Assembly: GCA_030753015.1 (NCBI GenBank)
Contig: JASMDC010000025.1
Span: 1 to 50,562, forward strand
Source: Candidatus Undinarchaeales archaeon
GTDB lineage: Archaea; SpSt-1190; JASMDC01
Direction: 5' to 3'
DNA length: 50,562 nt
Shown: positions 9,564-19,326 of the stretch, piece after piece
How positions within the stretch are numbered: position 1 is the first letter of the stretch
How the letters are laid out: each line of letters opens with the position of its first letter
Notes under the pieces: generated by a model
Told to the model about the DNA's origin: nothing
The model's database searches: none
What the model saw: the letters and a program-made list of their open reading frames with translations, nothing else
Program-made: the position numbers and the translations under genes

Positions 9564-11235
9564 CGCTCACCTCCGCACTCTCCTCCTCGTCCTCGTCGCC
9601 TGAAGTGTCTGCCTCCTCAGGCGTGCCTCCTCCCTCCTCTTCATCCTCCCCCTCACCGGTCTCCATGAGCCGGAGCTTGCGGTCGACGGCAGCCTCCAGG
9701 GCCGCGCGGTAGGCCTCTTCGTCCCCGCCGGTGAGCTCAGCCAGTGCGGCGGCCACCTCGGGGATGTAGCGCAGGAAGGTGTTGCGCTTGGTCTTCAGCT
9801 CTTCATCACGTCGCCGTCCGGAGAGGTACCTGCCGATCTTCCGTCCCGCCTCCATGAGAGCGTTGCGGATCTCGATCAGGATCTCCTCCTCTTCCGCCAC
9901 GGCTTGCTTACCAGTGGACGTGTAGGGGATGTGAGGGGATATGATGTTCACGAACACCGAGACCGGAGCCTCATCGATGGAGCGCAGGTGGTAGCGCTTC
10001 CAGTCAACGGAAGCGACCGCTTTGTTGATGACGCACCCGCCGGCGTCAAAGAGTAGGGGCGCACGGTTTGCGTACCTGAGTACCTCGAGCTTCTCGTTGC
10101 TCCCCACTCGACGTCCCGCCTCGCCTCCGTAGGCCATGCCCACCTCCACCTGGAAGGGCACGCCACCCTTGTATACCGTGGGGCGACGGACGGACACGGC
10201 GATGAATGCCGGTTTGAGGATCTCGCGAAGCGAGCGTTCGATCTGCTCCTCGCCGATGGGGATGAGCCCGTCGGTGGGGGGCGCCATGAGCCTGATCCGG
10301 CGGAACGCCTTCACGATGTCCTCCGCCTGGTTGTGAGTGAGCACCTCGGGCTTCATGCTCATGTCCACGCTTACCGCCTCCTGGAGGTCGCTGATGGTGT
10401 TGTTCGTGACCCGGGAGCACTCGTTGATGAGCACGCTGGAGAGCTTGCGGTAACTGCCGGGCTGCTTGGCCATCTGCACAAGATCGTCGGGCGAGAGCCC
10501 TAGCGGGTGTGGTTTGATCTCCTTCGGCTTCTTGGGAATACTCTCCGATGTCCGGGGGAACTCGATGACCGAGCCGTCCGGCTCGACGAGCGTGATGCGT
10601 GCGTGCGGGTTGACTATGGCCGTCCTGCGCACATACTCGAACGCTCCCGTGGTCCCTCGGGAGTACTGGACGTCCTTGTAGAACGACTCAATGCGCACAC
10701 CGCGTGCGTTCTCGGGTTCGAGCTCCACCTTCTCCTTGATCGTTTCGTGCACACGGGCTATGTTCCGCTTGAGGTCGAGGTCCATCACCAGCGTGTGGAT
10801 AACACCGTCACCAGTGCACGTCGCCACCCTGAAAGGCCTCCCGGTGGAGATCTTGCCGAACAGGATGGCACCCACGGCCCCGATGCCCTGCTGACCGCGT
10901 GACTGGATGTAGCGGTGGAACTTCGTACCCGCCAGCATCTTGCCGAACACCTTGTCGATGTATTTGATGGGGATGCCGGGACCGTTGTCCTTGACGACCA
11001 GCTGGTAGTGGTTATCCCCCTTGCGCGACAGCACCTTGACGGTGATGTCCGGCAGGATACCCGCCTCCTCGCATGCGTCCAGGGAATTGGTGAGGAACTC
11101 GTGGACCGCGGTGGTGAACGACTTGATCGTGCCACCGTACCCGAGCATGTGGAGGTTCTTGCGAAAGAACTCGGCGATGCCGACCTCGCGGAACGTGGCG
11201 TCGAAGAACTCCTCGGTGGACCTGTCCTCGACCAC
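9550..11235 (-). CDS. top6B: DNA topoisomerase VI subunit B
   Basis: EFFRKN, GHKL motifs HEFLTNSLDA, DNGPGI, SRGQQGIG; RYANRAPL. Confidence 0.96.
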   Translation of the reverse strand: MVEDRSTEEFFDATFREVGIAEFFRKNLHMLGYGGTIKSFTTAVHEFLTNSLDACEEAGILPDITVKVLSRKGDNHYQLVVKDNGPGIPIKYIDKVFGKMLAGTKFHRYIQSRGQQGIGAVGAILFGKISTGRPFRVATCTGDGVIHTLVMDLDLKRNIARVHETIKEKVELEPENARGVRIESFYKDVQYSRGTTGAFEYVRRTAIVNPHARITLVEPDGSVIEFPRTSESIPKKPKEIKPHPLGLSPDDLVQMAKQPGSYRKLSSVLINECSRVTNNTISDLQEAVSVDMSMKPEVLTHNQAEDIVKAFRRIRLMAPPTDGLIPIGEEQIERSLREILKPAFIAVSVRRPTVYKGGVPFQVEVGMAYGGEAGRRVGSNEKLEVLRYANRAPLLFDAGGCVINKAVASVDWKRYHLRSIDEAPVSVFVNIISPHIPYTSTGKQAVAEEEEILIEIRNALMEAGRKIGRYLSGRRRDEELKTKRNTFLRYIPEVAAALAELTGGDEEAYRAALEAAVDRKLRLMETGEGEDEEEGGGTPEEADTSGDEDEEESAEVSDDEE

Positions 11236-11236
11236 G

Positions 11237-11782
11237 TCAGAATCCTCCGAACTGCGCTGTCCGCTTCTCGATCATATGGTACACTGCGGACTGGGGGGTT
11301 CCCGAGAGGATGCGTTCGATGGACTCCATGGCGAGCTGGATGGTCTCTGGGGGACCGATGATCGATATGGTCTTGCCGTAGATCGCGATTCGCACGCCCA
11401 GCTGCCTCTCGATGAAGGTCTTCGTGCGGCCTTCGGTACCGATGAGGCGGCTCTTCTGGCGGTGCATGGCCTTTTCAGTTAGGTGGGCCGATGAGAGGTC
11501 AAGGATCTCGAGCATCATGTTGTCCTCAAGGAGAAAGAGCGCATCAGAGAGCGTGAATCCGCGGCCGATCGCCTTGACGATCGCCTTGGCCTTCAGCACT
11601 GTGAGCGGGTCCCGTGGATCGGGGGGCACGACGATCGTGATCTCGCCGGTGGCGCTTTCGATCTCGAGCCGTATCTTGAGGTATCGCTCGATCTTGGCTT
11701 TGCTCTTCCCGCTCTTGCCGATAAGTATACCGATACGCTCCTTGGGGATTCGTACGAAATCAACGGTGTTCTCAGCTTCCAT
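11237..11782 (-). CDS. KH-domain rRNA-processing protein (Dim2/Pno1-like)
   Basis: RIPKERIGILIGKSG, AIGRGF, RLIGTEGRT; usual position between rio1 and top6B. Confidence 0.9.
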   Translation of the reverse strand: MEAENTVDFVRIPKERIGILIGKSGKSKAKIERYLKIRLEIESATGEITIVVPPDPRDPLTVLKAKAIVKAIGRGFTLSDALFLLEDNMMLEILDLSSAHLTEKAMHRQKSRLIGTEGRTKTFIERQLGVRIAIYGKTISIIGPPETIQLAMESIERILSGTPQSAVYHMIEKRTAQFGGF

Positions 11783-12536
11783 TGCTCTCTCCTCCTGTAA
11801 TATGTGCCATAAGGTCCTCCTCCGATGGGACCTCCATGCGACGGCTGAAGAAGGCCCGGACGTTATGTACGTCCCGCCGCAAGAACTCCTCTGCCCGCGG
11901 GTGGACGGTCAGCACGGCCTGACCGCAGTCGATGATGACCGGTGATCCCTCGTGAAGAAGGATGTTGTACTCGCTCAGGTCGGCGTGGACCAGGTCTGCC
12001 TTCTGGTACGCGCGTCGTACGTCGGCCATGAGATGGTCGAACACATCGCCCCAGTCAGTGTCGCTGGGCGCGAGCCTGAGCTCCCGTGATGGGGTACCGT
12101 CTGTACCGATGAACTCCATGGCAAGCACGTTCCCGAACACGTCTATGAGCGCCGGTACACGCACACCTGCCTCGGCGAGCCGCAGCAGGTTGCGATACTC
12201 CTTGCTCGTCCAGAGCTTGACCATTTTACGACGAGAGCCAATATAGGCGAATCTGGGATCGCCCTCGATATAGATGCGGAAGTTGCGGAAGTCCGCCGTG
12301 CCGAGCCGGTAGATCTTCAATGCGAGGTAAGCACCGTCCTCGTCCTCTGCAAGGAACACGTTTGCCTCCTTCCCCACCGATATCTCGCCCCTGAACCGCT
12401 CGAACACCCGACGGTTGGCGAGCTTGTACAGTGCCTTGAGCGTCTGCGGTTCAAAGACGTCACCGTAGACCTTAAGGTCCTCGCGGCCCTTCAGGCGCTT
12501 GACATCGATAGCCTCTTCGCCTTTGTCCTCGATCAT
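11772..12536 (-). CDS. rio1: RIO1 family kinase
   Basis: ISVGKEANVF, ALKIYR, YIEGDPRF, LVHADLSEYNIL, IIDCGQAV. Confidence 0.95.
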   Translation of the reverse strand: MIEDKGEEAIDVKRLKGREDLKVYGDVFEPQTLKALYKLANRRVFERFRGEISVGKEANVFLAEDEDGAYLALKIYRLGTADFRNFRIYIEGDPRFAYIGSRRKMVKLWTSKEYRNLLRLAEAGVRVPALIDVFGNVLAMEFIGTDGTPSRELRLAPSDTDWGDVFDHLMADVRRAYQKADLVHADLSEYNILLHEGSPVIIDCGQAVLTVHPRAEEFLRRDVHNVRAFFSRRMEVPSEEDLMAHITGGESNGS

Positions 12537-12838
12537 TGAAACTCATCAAGATGGCCGTTCTTCTTCAACCACTCGACCTCGGCACCGGTGTAACGGTGTA
12601 CGACATCGCCCCGTGTGTCGCTCTGTATGCTCCATGGTTGGACGACGACGAAGTCCCCTTCCCTGACCCACAATCGTCGTTTGGAGCCTGGGACGCGGGT
12701 GAGCCTGAGCTTTCCGTCGGAACACATGATCTGCATCTTCTTGTTCCCGAGGCGCTGCTGGACTATGCCGATAAGCTCATTATCATCGGGGACACGGGCC
12801 CGCTTGACATCCGTATCGGCATCCTGGGTCTTACGCAC
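12533..12838 (-). CDS. eif1a: Translation initiation factor aIF-1A
   Basis: ELIGIVQQRLG, CSDGKLR, LWVREGDFVVVQPW; directly upstream of rio1. Confidence 0.93.
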   Translation of the reverse strand: MRKTQDADTDVKRARVPDDNELIGIVQQRLGNKKMQIMCSDGKLRLTRVPGSKRRLWVREGDFVVVQPWSIQSDTRGDVVHRYTGAEVEWLKKNGHLDEFQ

Positions 12839-12861
12839 GTTGAATCCAATGCCCCGAACGT

Positions 12862-13722
12862 TTAAAAAACCAATAGAGGCCGAGCACCGTCCATCACGAC
12901 CTGCACCTGCTCGCCCTCACCAGGGGAAGGTCCGGGCGGTAGCGGGATGGTGAGGGTCTCATAGGTGTCCATGAGGGTGACGAACACCTCGCCGGGCGAC
13001 ACGGCCGACACCATGGCCTCGTGGACGATATCCTCCGGCACGAGCTTGAGCTTAGAGGCCTGCTTCCGTGTCAGCCTGAAAGTGTCGCGGGTGGCCAGAT
13101 CACGCACCAATGCACCCTTGCTCCCCATGGAGATGAGACGGCCGATCCCTGCGTCGATACGCACGAGCTCGCCGGGACGGGCGTTAGGGAGGCGCACGAG
13201 GACTGTGACCTGATACAGCCCTTTCCCGGTGTTACGGTCCTGGGTCACCAGGGTCCTGGTCGATGTCAAGAGCCCGCCGAGCCGCATGGTGATACGACGT
13301 CCGGCGTTCGTGGCATCCGAATGCTCGAGGCAGTAGAAGTCGACACCACCGGCCACGTCCTTGGCGCGGTAGCGCGTCCATTGGACGGACGAGAGGCACT
13401 CGGCAATACGTTCCACCTGGTCCTCGGTGAGGGGGCGCGGGCTGCGCACCTGCAGGATGGCGGTGATGCGGTTCGAGCGCATCCGGCCGCAGTCCTCGCA
13501 GTACCGTTTCTTGAACACCTTGGGCCACTCGGCTTCGACGAAGGGCTCCTCTGAATTGAACTTCACCCTGCCACAATCCGGGCACAGGCGGGCCATCTCC
13601 TGCTTGTTAGGTGCGGTGGGCTGAGCAGGTTCCACTATCTCTACGGGAGTGCATTCGGGGCAGATGTTGCCTGTGAAGGAGCCCTCCTTGCCGCACACGC
13701 AGCAGAAGCGCGTGCGCTTCAC
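12862..13722 (-). CDS. nmd3: NMD3 family protein
   Basis: Four CxxC pairs, AILQVR, GGVDFY, TVLVRLP; start placed at GTG 13722 overlapping the aIF2beta stop (GTGA). Confidence 0.85.
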   Translation of the reverse strand: MKRTRFCCVCGKEGSFTGNICPECTPVEIVEPAQPTAPNKQEMARLCPDCGRVKFNSEEPFVEAEWPKVFKKRYCEDCGRMRSNRITAILQVRSPRPLTEDQVERIAECLSSVQWTRYRAKDVAGGVDFYCLEHSDATNAGRRITMRLGGLLTSTRTLVTQDRNTGKGLYQVTVLVRLPNARPGELVRIDAGIGRLISMGSKGALVRDLATRDTFRLTRKQASKLKLVPEDIVHEAMVSAVSPGEVFVTLMDTYETLTIPLPPGPSPGEGEQVQVVMDGARPLLVF

Positions 13723-14138
13723 AGGTTTCTGATAGAGTGCCTTGCGCCGCACGCCATGCACCTGAGGAACCGGATCCGGTCCTCCTTCACGATCTTGGTA
13801 TCGGGCTTACCGCATTCCGGGCAGGTGACGAACTCCGCCACGTACTTGTTCACCCGGTCGTTGAGCTTCATGGGCGTGATCTTGCCCATGAACACGGCGC
13901 GGTGCGCGTCCAGATTGCCTGCAGTACCGCATTCCTTGAGGAGGAACTTGAGCAGGTGACCTGGCTCTCTGTGAAGGTAGCTCGCGATCTCGCTGAAGTT
14001 AGAACAGAAGGTACGGTTTCCCTGGATATCAGCGAGGCCCTTTGGTACCTCGAACCGGATGTCCTTCGTCGTGTCCTCAGGAAGGGCTTTAACGGCCCGT
14101 TCGAGCAGAGTGTTATAGTCTGGTATTTTCTCGGCCAT
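13719..14138 (-). CDS. eif2b: Translation initiation factor aIF-2 beta
   Basis: DYNTLLERA, RFEVP, QGNRT, HLLKFLLKE, CPECGKPDT...CMACGA. Confidence 0.96.
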   Translation of the reverse strand: MAEKIPDYNTLLERAVKALPEDTTKDIRFEVPKGLADIQGNRTFCSNFSEIASYLHREPGHLLKFLLKECGTAGNLDAHRAVFMGKITPMKLNDRVNKYVAEFVTCPECGKPDTKIVKEDRIRFLRCMACGARHSIRNL

Positions 14139-14962
14139 CAGTCTAACCTCTTGTACTTGCCAGTGCGGGGCTCGAAGATCTCGCCCTCAGTGATGAGCTC
14201 GGTGAGCACGTCGTCCATCTCGTCCCCCATCTTTGACGCGTCCTTGAGCGCGGCGTAGGGGACGCCGTCGCCCTCGTCCAGTTTCTGGATGAGCGCGAGC
14301 AGTGCGGCCCTGGGGCCGGGTCCCGTCTCGACGGGGGTCGCGGCCTTCGATCCATCCCCCGCAGTGGGGGCCTGGGACACAGGCGCCGGTCCGTCCAGCG
14401 TCTCGGTTACCGGTGGGGGTGTCATGGGCTCCGAAAGGACCCCAGCTACCTCCCGGTCGGAGAGGCCGAACTCCGAGGCCAGTGCAGCGGCGATCTCGTC
14501 GGTGCCCTTGCCTTGTGCCTTCAGTTCGTCGGCACGATCGAGCACTTTCTGTTCGCGGCCGTCCTCGCGAAGGAGCTCAAGCCTCCGCACGAGCTCCCAG
14601 TTGTGGTCCGTGATCGTGAGCACGGTCTCGGGGATGAGGTACAGCTCGCCCTCGTACTCGCGCACTCTACCGATGATGTCGATGGTGTCGCCGACGCCCA
14701 GGTCCTTGATCTTGTGGAGGTCGTCCCTGAATCCCTTGACCCGTATGGTCTCGGAGCCGTCATCCAGTGTGACCGAGGCGTAGGTGCCGTCGTCGTTGAT
14801 GAAGGACGAGACGACCGTGCCCAGCACTCGGATCCGCGAGACTGTGGTCCCACCGGGGGTTATGAGCACGTTGGGCTCCATCTCCTTCTGCCCCTTGTGG
14901 TACCGGCCCTTGACCAAGCTGGCGATACGCACCTTCATCGCGGTTAGTCGCTGGAAGCTCAT
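14138..14962 (-). CDS. RPA32-like OB-fold ssDNA-binding protein with C-terminal winged helix
   Basis: VSRIRVLGTVV...LDDGSETIRV...IIGRVREY; flexible linker; GEIFEPRTGKYK; GGTGA SD. Confidence 0.85.
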   Translation of the reverse strand: MSFQRLTAMKVRIASLVKGRYHKGQKEMEPNVLITPGGTTVSRIRVLGTVVSSFINDDGTYASVTLDDGSETIRVKGFRDDLHKIKDLGVGDTIDIIGRVREYEGELYLIPETVLTITDHNWELVRRLELLREDGREQKVLDRADELKAQGKGTDEIAAALASEFGLSDREVAGVLSEPMTPPPVTETLDGPAPVSQAPTAGDGSKAATPVETGPGPRAALLALIQKLDEGDGVPYAALKDASKMGDEMDDVLTELITEGEIFEPRTGKYKRLD

Positions 14963-14982
14963 GATCGTTCACCATCCTGAAA

Positions 14983-17016
14983 TCATAATCTCTTTATATA
15001 TCCACGCTGGGGCTCGAAGATCTCCCCGACCTGCATGAGCTCGCGGATGACCTTCTCGACCGCGAGCTCGTCCATGCCCTTGCCGCCCGCCTCCCGGATC
15101 ACGTCCTCGGTCTTGACGGCGGTGCCCTCGACCTCCTCGAGCGACCGGATGATGCCCAGCACATTGGTGAGGAGGTTGCGCTTGCTCGCGGGTGTTACGC
15201 CGGAGGCGCGGTCGATGTCGAGCTTCCCGGTCTCGGGATCGAAACCGACCTCCTTGAGGTAGGCGAATATCAGACGGATGGCGCGCTGGGCGTCCTCGGC
15301 CTCGGCGCGGTCGGACAGCCTGACGCGGGCGGACGCCTCTGCGAGGCGGATCATGGACTCCAGCTGGCGCACGGAGATGGGCACGCTCCGTTCTTTCTCG
15401 CTATACTGGCCTCGTAGCCCAACGAAGAAGTTCTTGATCTCCTGGATGGCCGCCTCAGTTAGACGGGGGCTGGAGTTCCGCTTGGCGAAGGATATGTACT
15501 TGCGCAGGATGTCTTGGGAGATCGGAGGTTCCTTCTGGTCCTCAACGGACGAGTGGAGGTGGAGGATGTGCTCGGCCATCCGCGTGTCCTTCTCCCGGTC
15601 CGGTTTGTCCCTGATGGGGAAGATGAGGTCGAACCGGTTGATGAGGGTGGGCGGGAGGTCGATCTGGTCGGCCGGGGGCTGGTAGGGGTCGAACCGACCG
15701 TGCTTGGGGTTCGCCGCGGCCAGGATGGCCGTCTGTGCTTTGAGGGTGGCCTGGATGCTGGCCTTGCTTATGGTGACCGTCTGCTGCGCCATGGCCTCGT
15801 GCATGGCGGACCGGTCGTCCTGGGTCATCTTGTCCAGCTCGTCGATGCAGGCGATGCCTTTGTTGGCGAGCACCAGGGTGCCTGCCTCGAGCACCCACGC
15901 CTTGAGGAACTCGTCCTTGACGACAGAGGCGGTGAGGCCAGCGGCTGACGCACCCTTCCCGGACACGTACCGCGCCTTGGGGGCCATCTTCTCGATGTAC
16001 TTGAGCATCATGCTCTTGCCGGCCCCGGGGTCGCCGATGAGCAAGATATGGATATCGCCCCTTGTCTCCGTACCGTCCTTGCGCCGCTTGCGGATGCCGC
16101 CGAAGAGGAAGAGCGACAGCGCCTCCTTGATATCTTCGTAGCCGTAGATCGAGGGGGCGATGGACTCCTTGAGCTTCTTGTAGATGTGGGGGTCGGCCGC
16201 CAGTCGCCGGATCTCCTCCTCGTCCTCGGGGGTGACCTCGATGTCCTCGAACTGGGTGATCTTGGGATCTATGAAATTGGCGTCAAGGAATATGTCTAGG
16301 CGTCGGGTGGGCTGGCCGTGGCTGGAGGTCACCGTGACCTCGCCGAGGGTGCCGTTGATGAACACCTCGGTACCGGGAATGACCTTGTGGCCCATACCAG
16401 GGTCCACCAGGTCGTCGCGGATGAACACCCGCAGCCGCTTGGCCTGCTCGCCCCCTATTAGGTTGTCGGGCAGCTCCTCCACCTCGAGCTTCTGCATGTC
16501 CGTGAGCTTCTTGTCCGTCATGCGGAACTTTCCCTTCCTCCCGCAGATGCACTTGGTCGGCTCGCGCAGGTGCGGGCCGGTCTGTGGGATGATGATGAGG
16601 TTCCCGCAGTTGGGGCAGTCGAAGGTAGCTTCCAGGATCTCGGGGCGCACGTCGCTTGCCTGACGGATCAGGCCCTCGATGCAGATGAACTTGCCCAAGT
16701 GATCGCTCCGCACGTCGCGGATGTACACGGCCTGGCTCTCGGGGAGATGCTCGAACCGGACCTTCAGCTCCACGAAGTCCTCGCCCAGGTCCAGGCGGGT
16801 TATCGCCTCCTCGGCGCAGGCGAGGATGTCCCGGGGACGGTTGAGAAGGTCGTCGGCCAGGTCGATGTCAAAGGAGTCCAGCTCGCGGAAGTCCACTTTG
16901 ATGGAGCTCTCACCCTCCCGCACGATCCTGAGCAGCTCGTCGTTGTAGAACGTGTTGAAGAAGTTCTCGAACTTCTGGATGACCTGCTCGGAATCACTGA
17001 TCTCGGAAGGCACCAC
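14983..17016 (-). CDS. mcm: Replicative helicase MCM
   Basis: C4 Zn finger, Walker A GDPGAGKS, Walker B IDELDKM, AAANP, NRFD, SVRQLE; no intein. Confidence 0.97.
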   Translation of the reverse strand: MVPSEISDSEQVIQKFENFFNTFYNDELLRIVREGESSIKVDFRELDSFDIDLADDLLNRPRDILACAEEAITRLDLGEDFVELKVRFEHLPESQAVYIRDVRSDHLGKFICIEGLIRQASDVRPEILEATFDCPNCGNLIIIPQTGPHLREPTKCICGRKGKFRMTDKKLTDMQKLEVEELPDNLIGGEQAKRLRVFIRDDLVDPGMGHKVIPGTEVFINGTLGEVTVTSSHGQPTRRLDIFLDANFIDPKITQFEDIEVTPEDEEEIRRLAADPHIYKKLKESIAPSIYGYEDIKEALSLFLFGGIRKRRKDGTETRGDIHILLIGDPGAGKSMMLKYIEKMAPKARYVSGKGASAAGLTASVVKDEFLKAWVLEAGTLVLANKGIACIDELDKMTQDDRSAMHEAMAQQTVTISKASIQATLKAQTAILAAANPKHGRFDPYQPPADQIDLPPTLINRFDLIFPIRDKPDREKDTRMAEHILHLHSSVEDQKEPPISQDILRKYISFAKRNSSPRLTEAAIQEIKNFFVGLRGQYSEKERSVPISVRQLESMIRLAEASARVRLSDRAEAEDAQRAIRLIFAYLKEVGFDPETGKLDIDRASGVTPASKRNLLTNVLGIIRSLEEVEGTAVKTEDVIREAGGKGMDELAVEKVIRELMQVGEIFEPQRGYIKRL

Positions 17017-17079
17017 GCTGGTGTTCAGGCGAAGCTTTGATATACCTTTCTCCTACCCCCCAGCAGGGGTAACCGGGGG

Positions 17080-17829
17080 TCACCGCGGGAGGTCGAAGAG
17101 GCGTCCGGCTGTGGCTGTCGTGGCCGAAGCGACATCCTCGGGTGGAACGTTCTTGATCCGGGCCACGAGGTCACGCGAGATGACGATGTTCGCCGGGATG
17201 TTCACCGCTCCACGCTCGGGTGCGAGTGCGGGGCAGTCCGTCTCGAGCGCCAGGCTCTCCAGAGGGAGCGCACGCACGAGCTTCACCTTCTGGGTGGTAT
17301 CCCGGGGTGGGACAGAGAACACGAACCCTGCCTTCGCTCCCTCCAAAGCTGGGCCGGCACGTCCGTCGTAGGCGTGCAATAGCACACGTGATGCTCCGGC
17401 ATCGAGGAGCTGGCGCACAGCATGCTTCCCGGCACTGCGGGAGTGGACGATGAGCGGGAGTTCGAGGTCCCGAGCCAGCTCGATGAACCGGGCGAAGACG
17501 CACCTCTGTCGCTCACGCTCCGCAGGCTCGGAGCGGGCGAAGTCCAGCCCCACCTCGCCCAGGGCAACAAACCGGTCCCGGTGCCGTTCGGCCAGCTGAC
17601 AGACCTCCTCGATGGTCTCCTCGTCGGTCTCCCTCGGATCGCAGCCGAGAGTGTTCACCACGAGGTCCGGACGAGCATCCGCCAGTGCGAAGGAGCTGGG
17701 CAGGAGGTCCGGTCCAAGAGCACAGTCCACCACGGTCCCCAGGCCCGCGGCGCACGCTTCGTCGAGCAGATGCTCGCGCTCACCATCGAACGCGGGATCA
17801 CTTATGTGGGCATGGCAGTCGATGAGCAT
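17080..17829 (-). CDS. tatD: TatD family hydrolase
   Basis: IDCHAH, GEVGLD, IVHSR, LETDCP; start at ATG 17829. Confidence 0.92.
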   Translation of the reverse strand: MLIDCHAHISDPAFDGEREHLLDEACAAGLGTVVDCALGPDLLPSSFALADARPDLVVNTLGCDPRETDEETIEEVCQLAERHRDRFVALGEVGLDFARSEPAERERQRCVFARFIELARDLELPLIVHSRSAGKHAVRQLLDAGASRVLLHAYDGRAGPALEGAKAGFVFSVPPRDTTQKVKLVRALPLESLALETDCPALAPERGAVNIPANIVISRDLVARIKNVPPEDVASATTATAGRLFDLPR

Positions 17830-17899
17830 GAGACAGGTCCCCGGCGGGAGGTGGCGCGCCCGCCCAAGATTGATAAATGTTTCCGGGTCGCATCCCCTC

Positions 17900-19036
17900 G
17901 TGGTCGAGTTCCCGCTCATCGAGGTGGAGGAGGGAGCAGCGCACCTCGTCGTCCCCGATCTGGAGCGCATCGCCCCAGGCGCCTACCCCACGAAGGCACC
18001 GGTGTTCTACAATCCTGACATGGTGCACAACAGGGACATATCGCTCCTGGTGTACAGGCAGTTCCTCGGCGGGAAGGGCTCAATTCTAGACATGCTGGCA
18101 GCTACCGGGGTGCGGTCGGTCCGTGCAGCCCTCGAGGCGGGGGCGACCCGCGTGCTCGCCTGTGATGCGAAACCGGCCGCAGTGGAGCTCATCCGCGCCA
18201 ACATCGAGCGCAACGGCGTGTCGGATATCGTAGAGGCCGTGCAGGGTGACGCCCGTGCGGTCGTCCTCAGAAGGGAATGGTTCGATATAATCGACGTGGA
18301 CCCCTTCGGCTGTCCCACACCTTTCCTCCAGGGGGTGTCCGCTGCCATCAGACCGCGTCGTGGGCTCATCGGAGTATCGGCGACCGATGGCGCCGTGCTC
18401 TGTGGCGTCCATCCCAAGGTGTGCATGCGCAAGTACGGATCCCGATCGCTCAAGACCCCGTACTGCCACGAGCTGGCGATGCGCATCCTGGTGTACGCCT
18501 CGGCCCTTCCCCTCCTTCGGGACGACTACGGCGTCAGACCCGTGCTCTCTCACGCCTCCATCCACTTCTTCCGGGTGTACCTCGAGACGCGCAAGGGGAA
18601 GGCGCGAGCGGACCTCACCATGGACCAAATCGGGTACGTCGCCCACTGCATGCATTGTGGCTGGCGTGGGACGGGGAAACGCCCTCGCGAGCTGTGCCCG
18701 TGTTGCCAGAAACCCACCGCGTGGGCCGGACCGCTGTGGACGGGCCCTCTCAACGACCAGGAGCTCGTGTCCTCGCTGGCGGGACAGGAGAAACTAGCGC
18801 CCGACGCGCAGAAGCTCCTGGAGAAGCTTGCCGCCGAACCCGATATCCCTCTCTTCTATGACCTCCACGCTCTCGGGAAGGACCTCGTGATGGATGTTCC
18901 ACGGACATCGCGCGTGATGGACGCGCTCCGTGAGCAGGGGTATATCGCTGGTCCCACCCACCTCTCGGGAAGCGGGGTGAAGACCGACGCCGAAGTGGAC
19001 GCGGTCAAGGACGCCATGCGGGCGGCTGCAGTGTGA
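17900..19036 (+). CDS. trm1: tRNA (guanine-N2)-dimethyltransferase Trm1
   Basis: PVFYNPDMVHNRDISL, LAATGVRSVR, IDVDPFG, SATD, AGPLWTGPL; GTG start 17900. Confidence 0.95.
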   Translation: MVEFPLIEVEEGAAHLVVPDLERIAPGAYPTKAPVFYNPDMVHNRDISLLVYRQFLGGKGSILDMLAATGVRSVRAALEAGATRVLACDAKPAAVELIRANIERNGVSDIVEAVQGDARAVVLRREWFDIIDVDPFGCPTPFLQGVSAAIRPRRGLIGVSATDGAVLCGVHPKVCMRKYGSRSLKTPYCHELAMRILVYASALPLLRDDYGVRPVLSHASIHFFRVYLETRKGKARADLTMDQIGYVAHCMHCGWRGTGKRPRELCPCCQKPTAWAGPLWTGPLNDQELVSSLAGQEKLAPDAQKLLEKLAAEPDIPLFYDLHALGKDLVMDVPRTSRVMDALREQGYIAGPTHLSGSGVKTDAEVDAVKDAMRAAAV

Positions 19037-19037
19037 T

Positions 19038-19105
19038 TTGACCGGCAGTCAATATGTATCAAAAACGATTCATTTCGTATCAAAATTGATACGTATCATC
19101 GATTC
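19038..19105. repeat. AT-rich cluster of palindromes and GTATCA repeats
   Basis: TTGAC-N5-GTCAA (19038-19052), GTATCAAAAACGATTC (19056-19071), GTATCAA-AA-TTGATAC (19077-19092), GTATCATCGATTC (19093-19105). Confidence 0.55.
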
Positions 19106-19167
19106 GTCCATTGAACGTTCCAAAGCTTATCCTGGCGAGAACCCGTGCAATGGTGATCGGACCGGGC

Positions 19168-19314
19168 CTAGGCGGTGATGAAGCCGTCCCGGGTCCGGGT
19201 GGACGATGCCTTTGGCGGCTCCTCGTCCTCACCGATGCCCAGCTTCTCCTTGTACCAGTTATCGAAGACCTTCCGGACCGCGGCCCGGTCGTCGTTCCCC
19301 TTCATGATGGCCAT
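19168..19314 (-). CDS. Small hypothetical protein (48 aa) downstream of tfe
   Basis: Hand-translated MAIMKGNDDRAAVRKVFDNWYKEKLGIGEDEEPPKASSTRTRDGFITA; starts 12 nt after tfe stop; mostly G/C third positions. Confidence 0.6.
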   Translation of the reverse strand: MAIMKGNDDRAAVRKVFDNWYKEKLGIGEDEEPPKASSTRTRDGFITA

Positions 19315-19326
19315 GATCGTGATCCC

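Noticed and set aside
17612-17970. Long N-terminal extensions of trm1 and tatD in the track
   Set aside because: They overlap each other; family motifs begin at 17900 and 17829 around an AT-rich divergent spacer.
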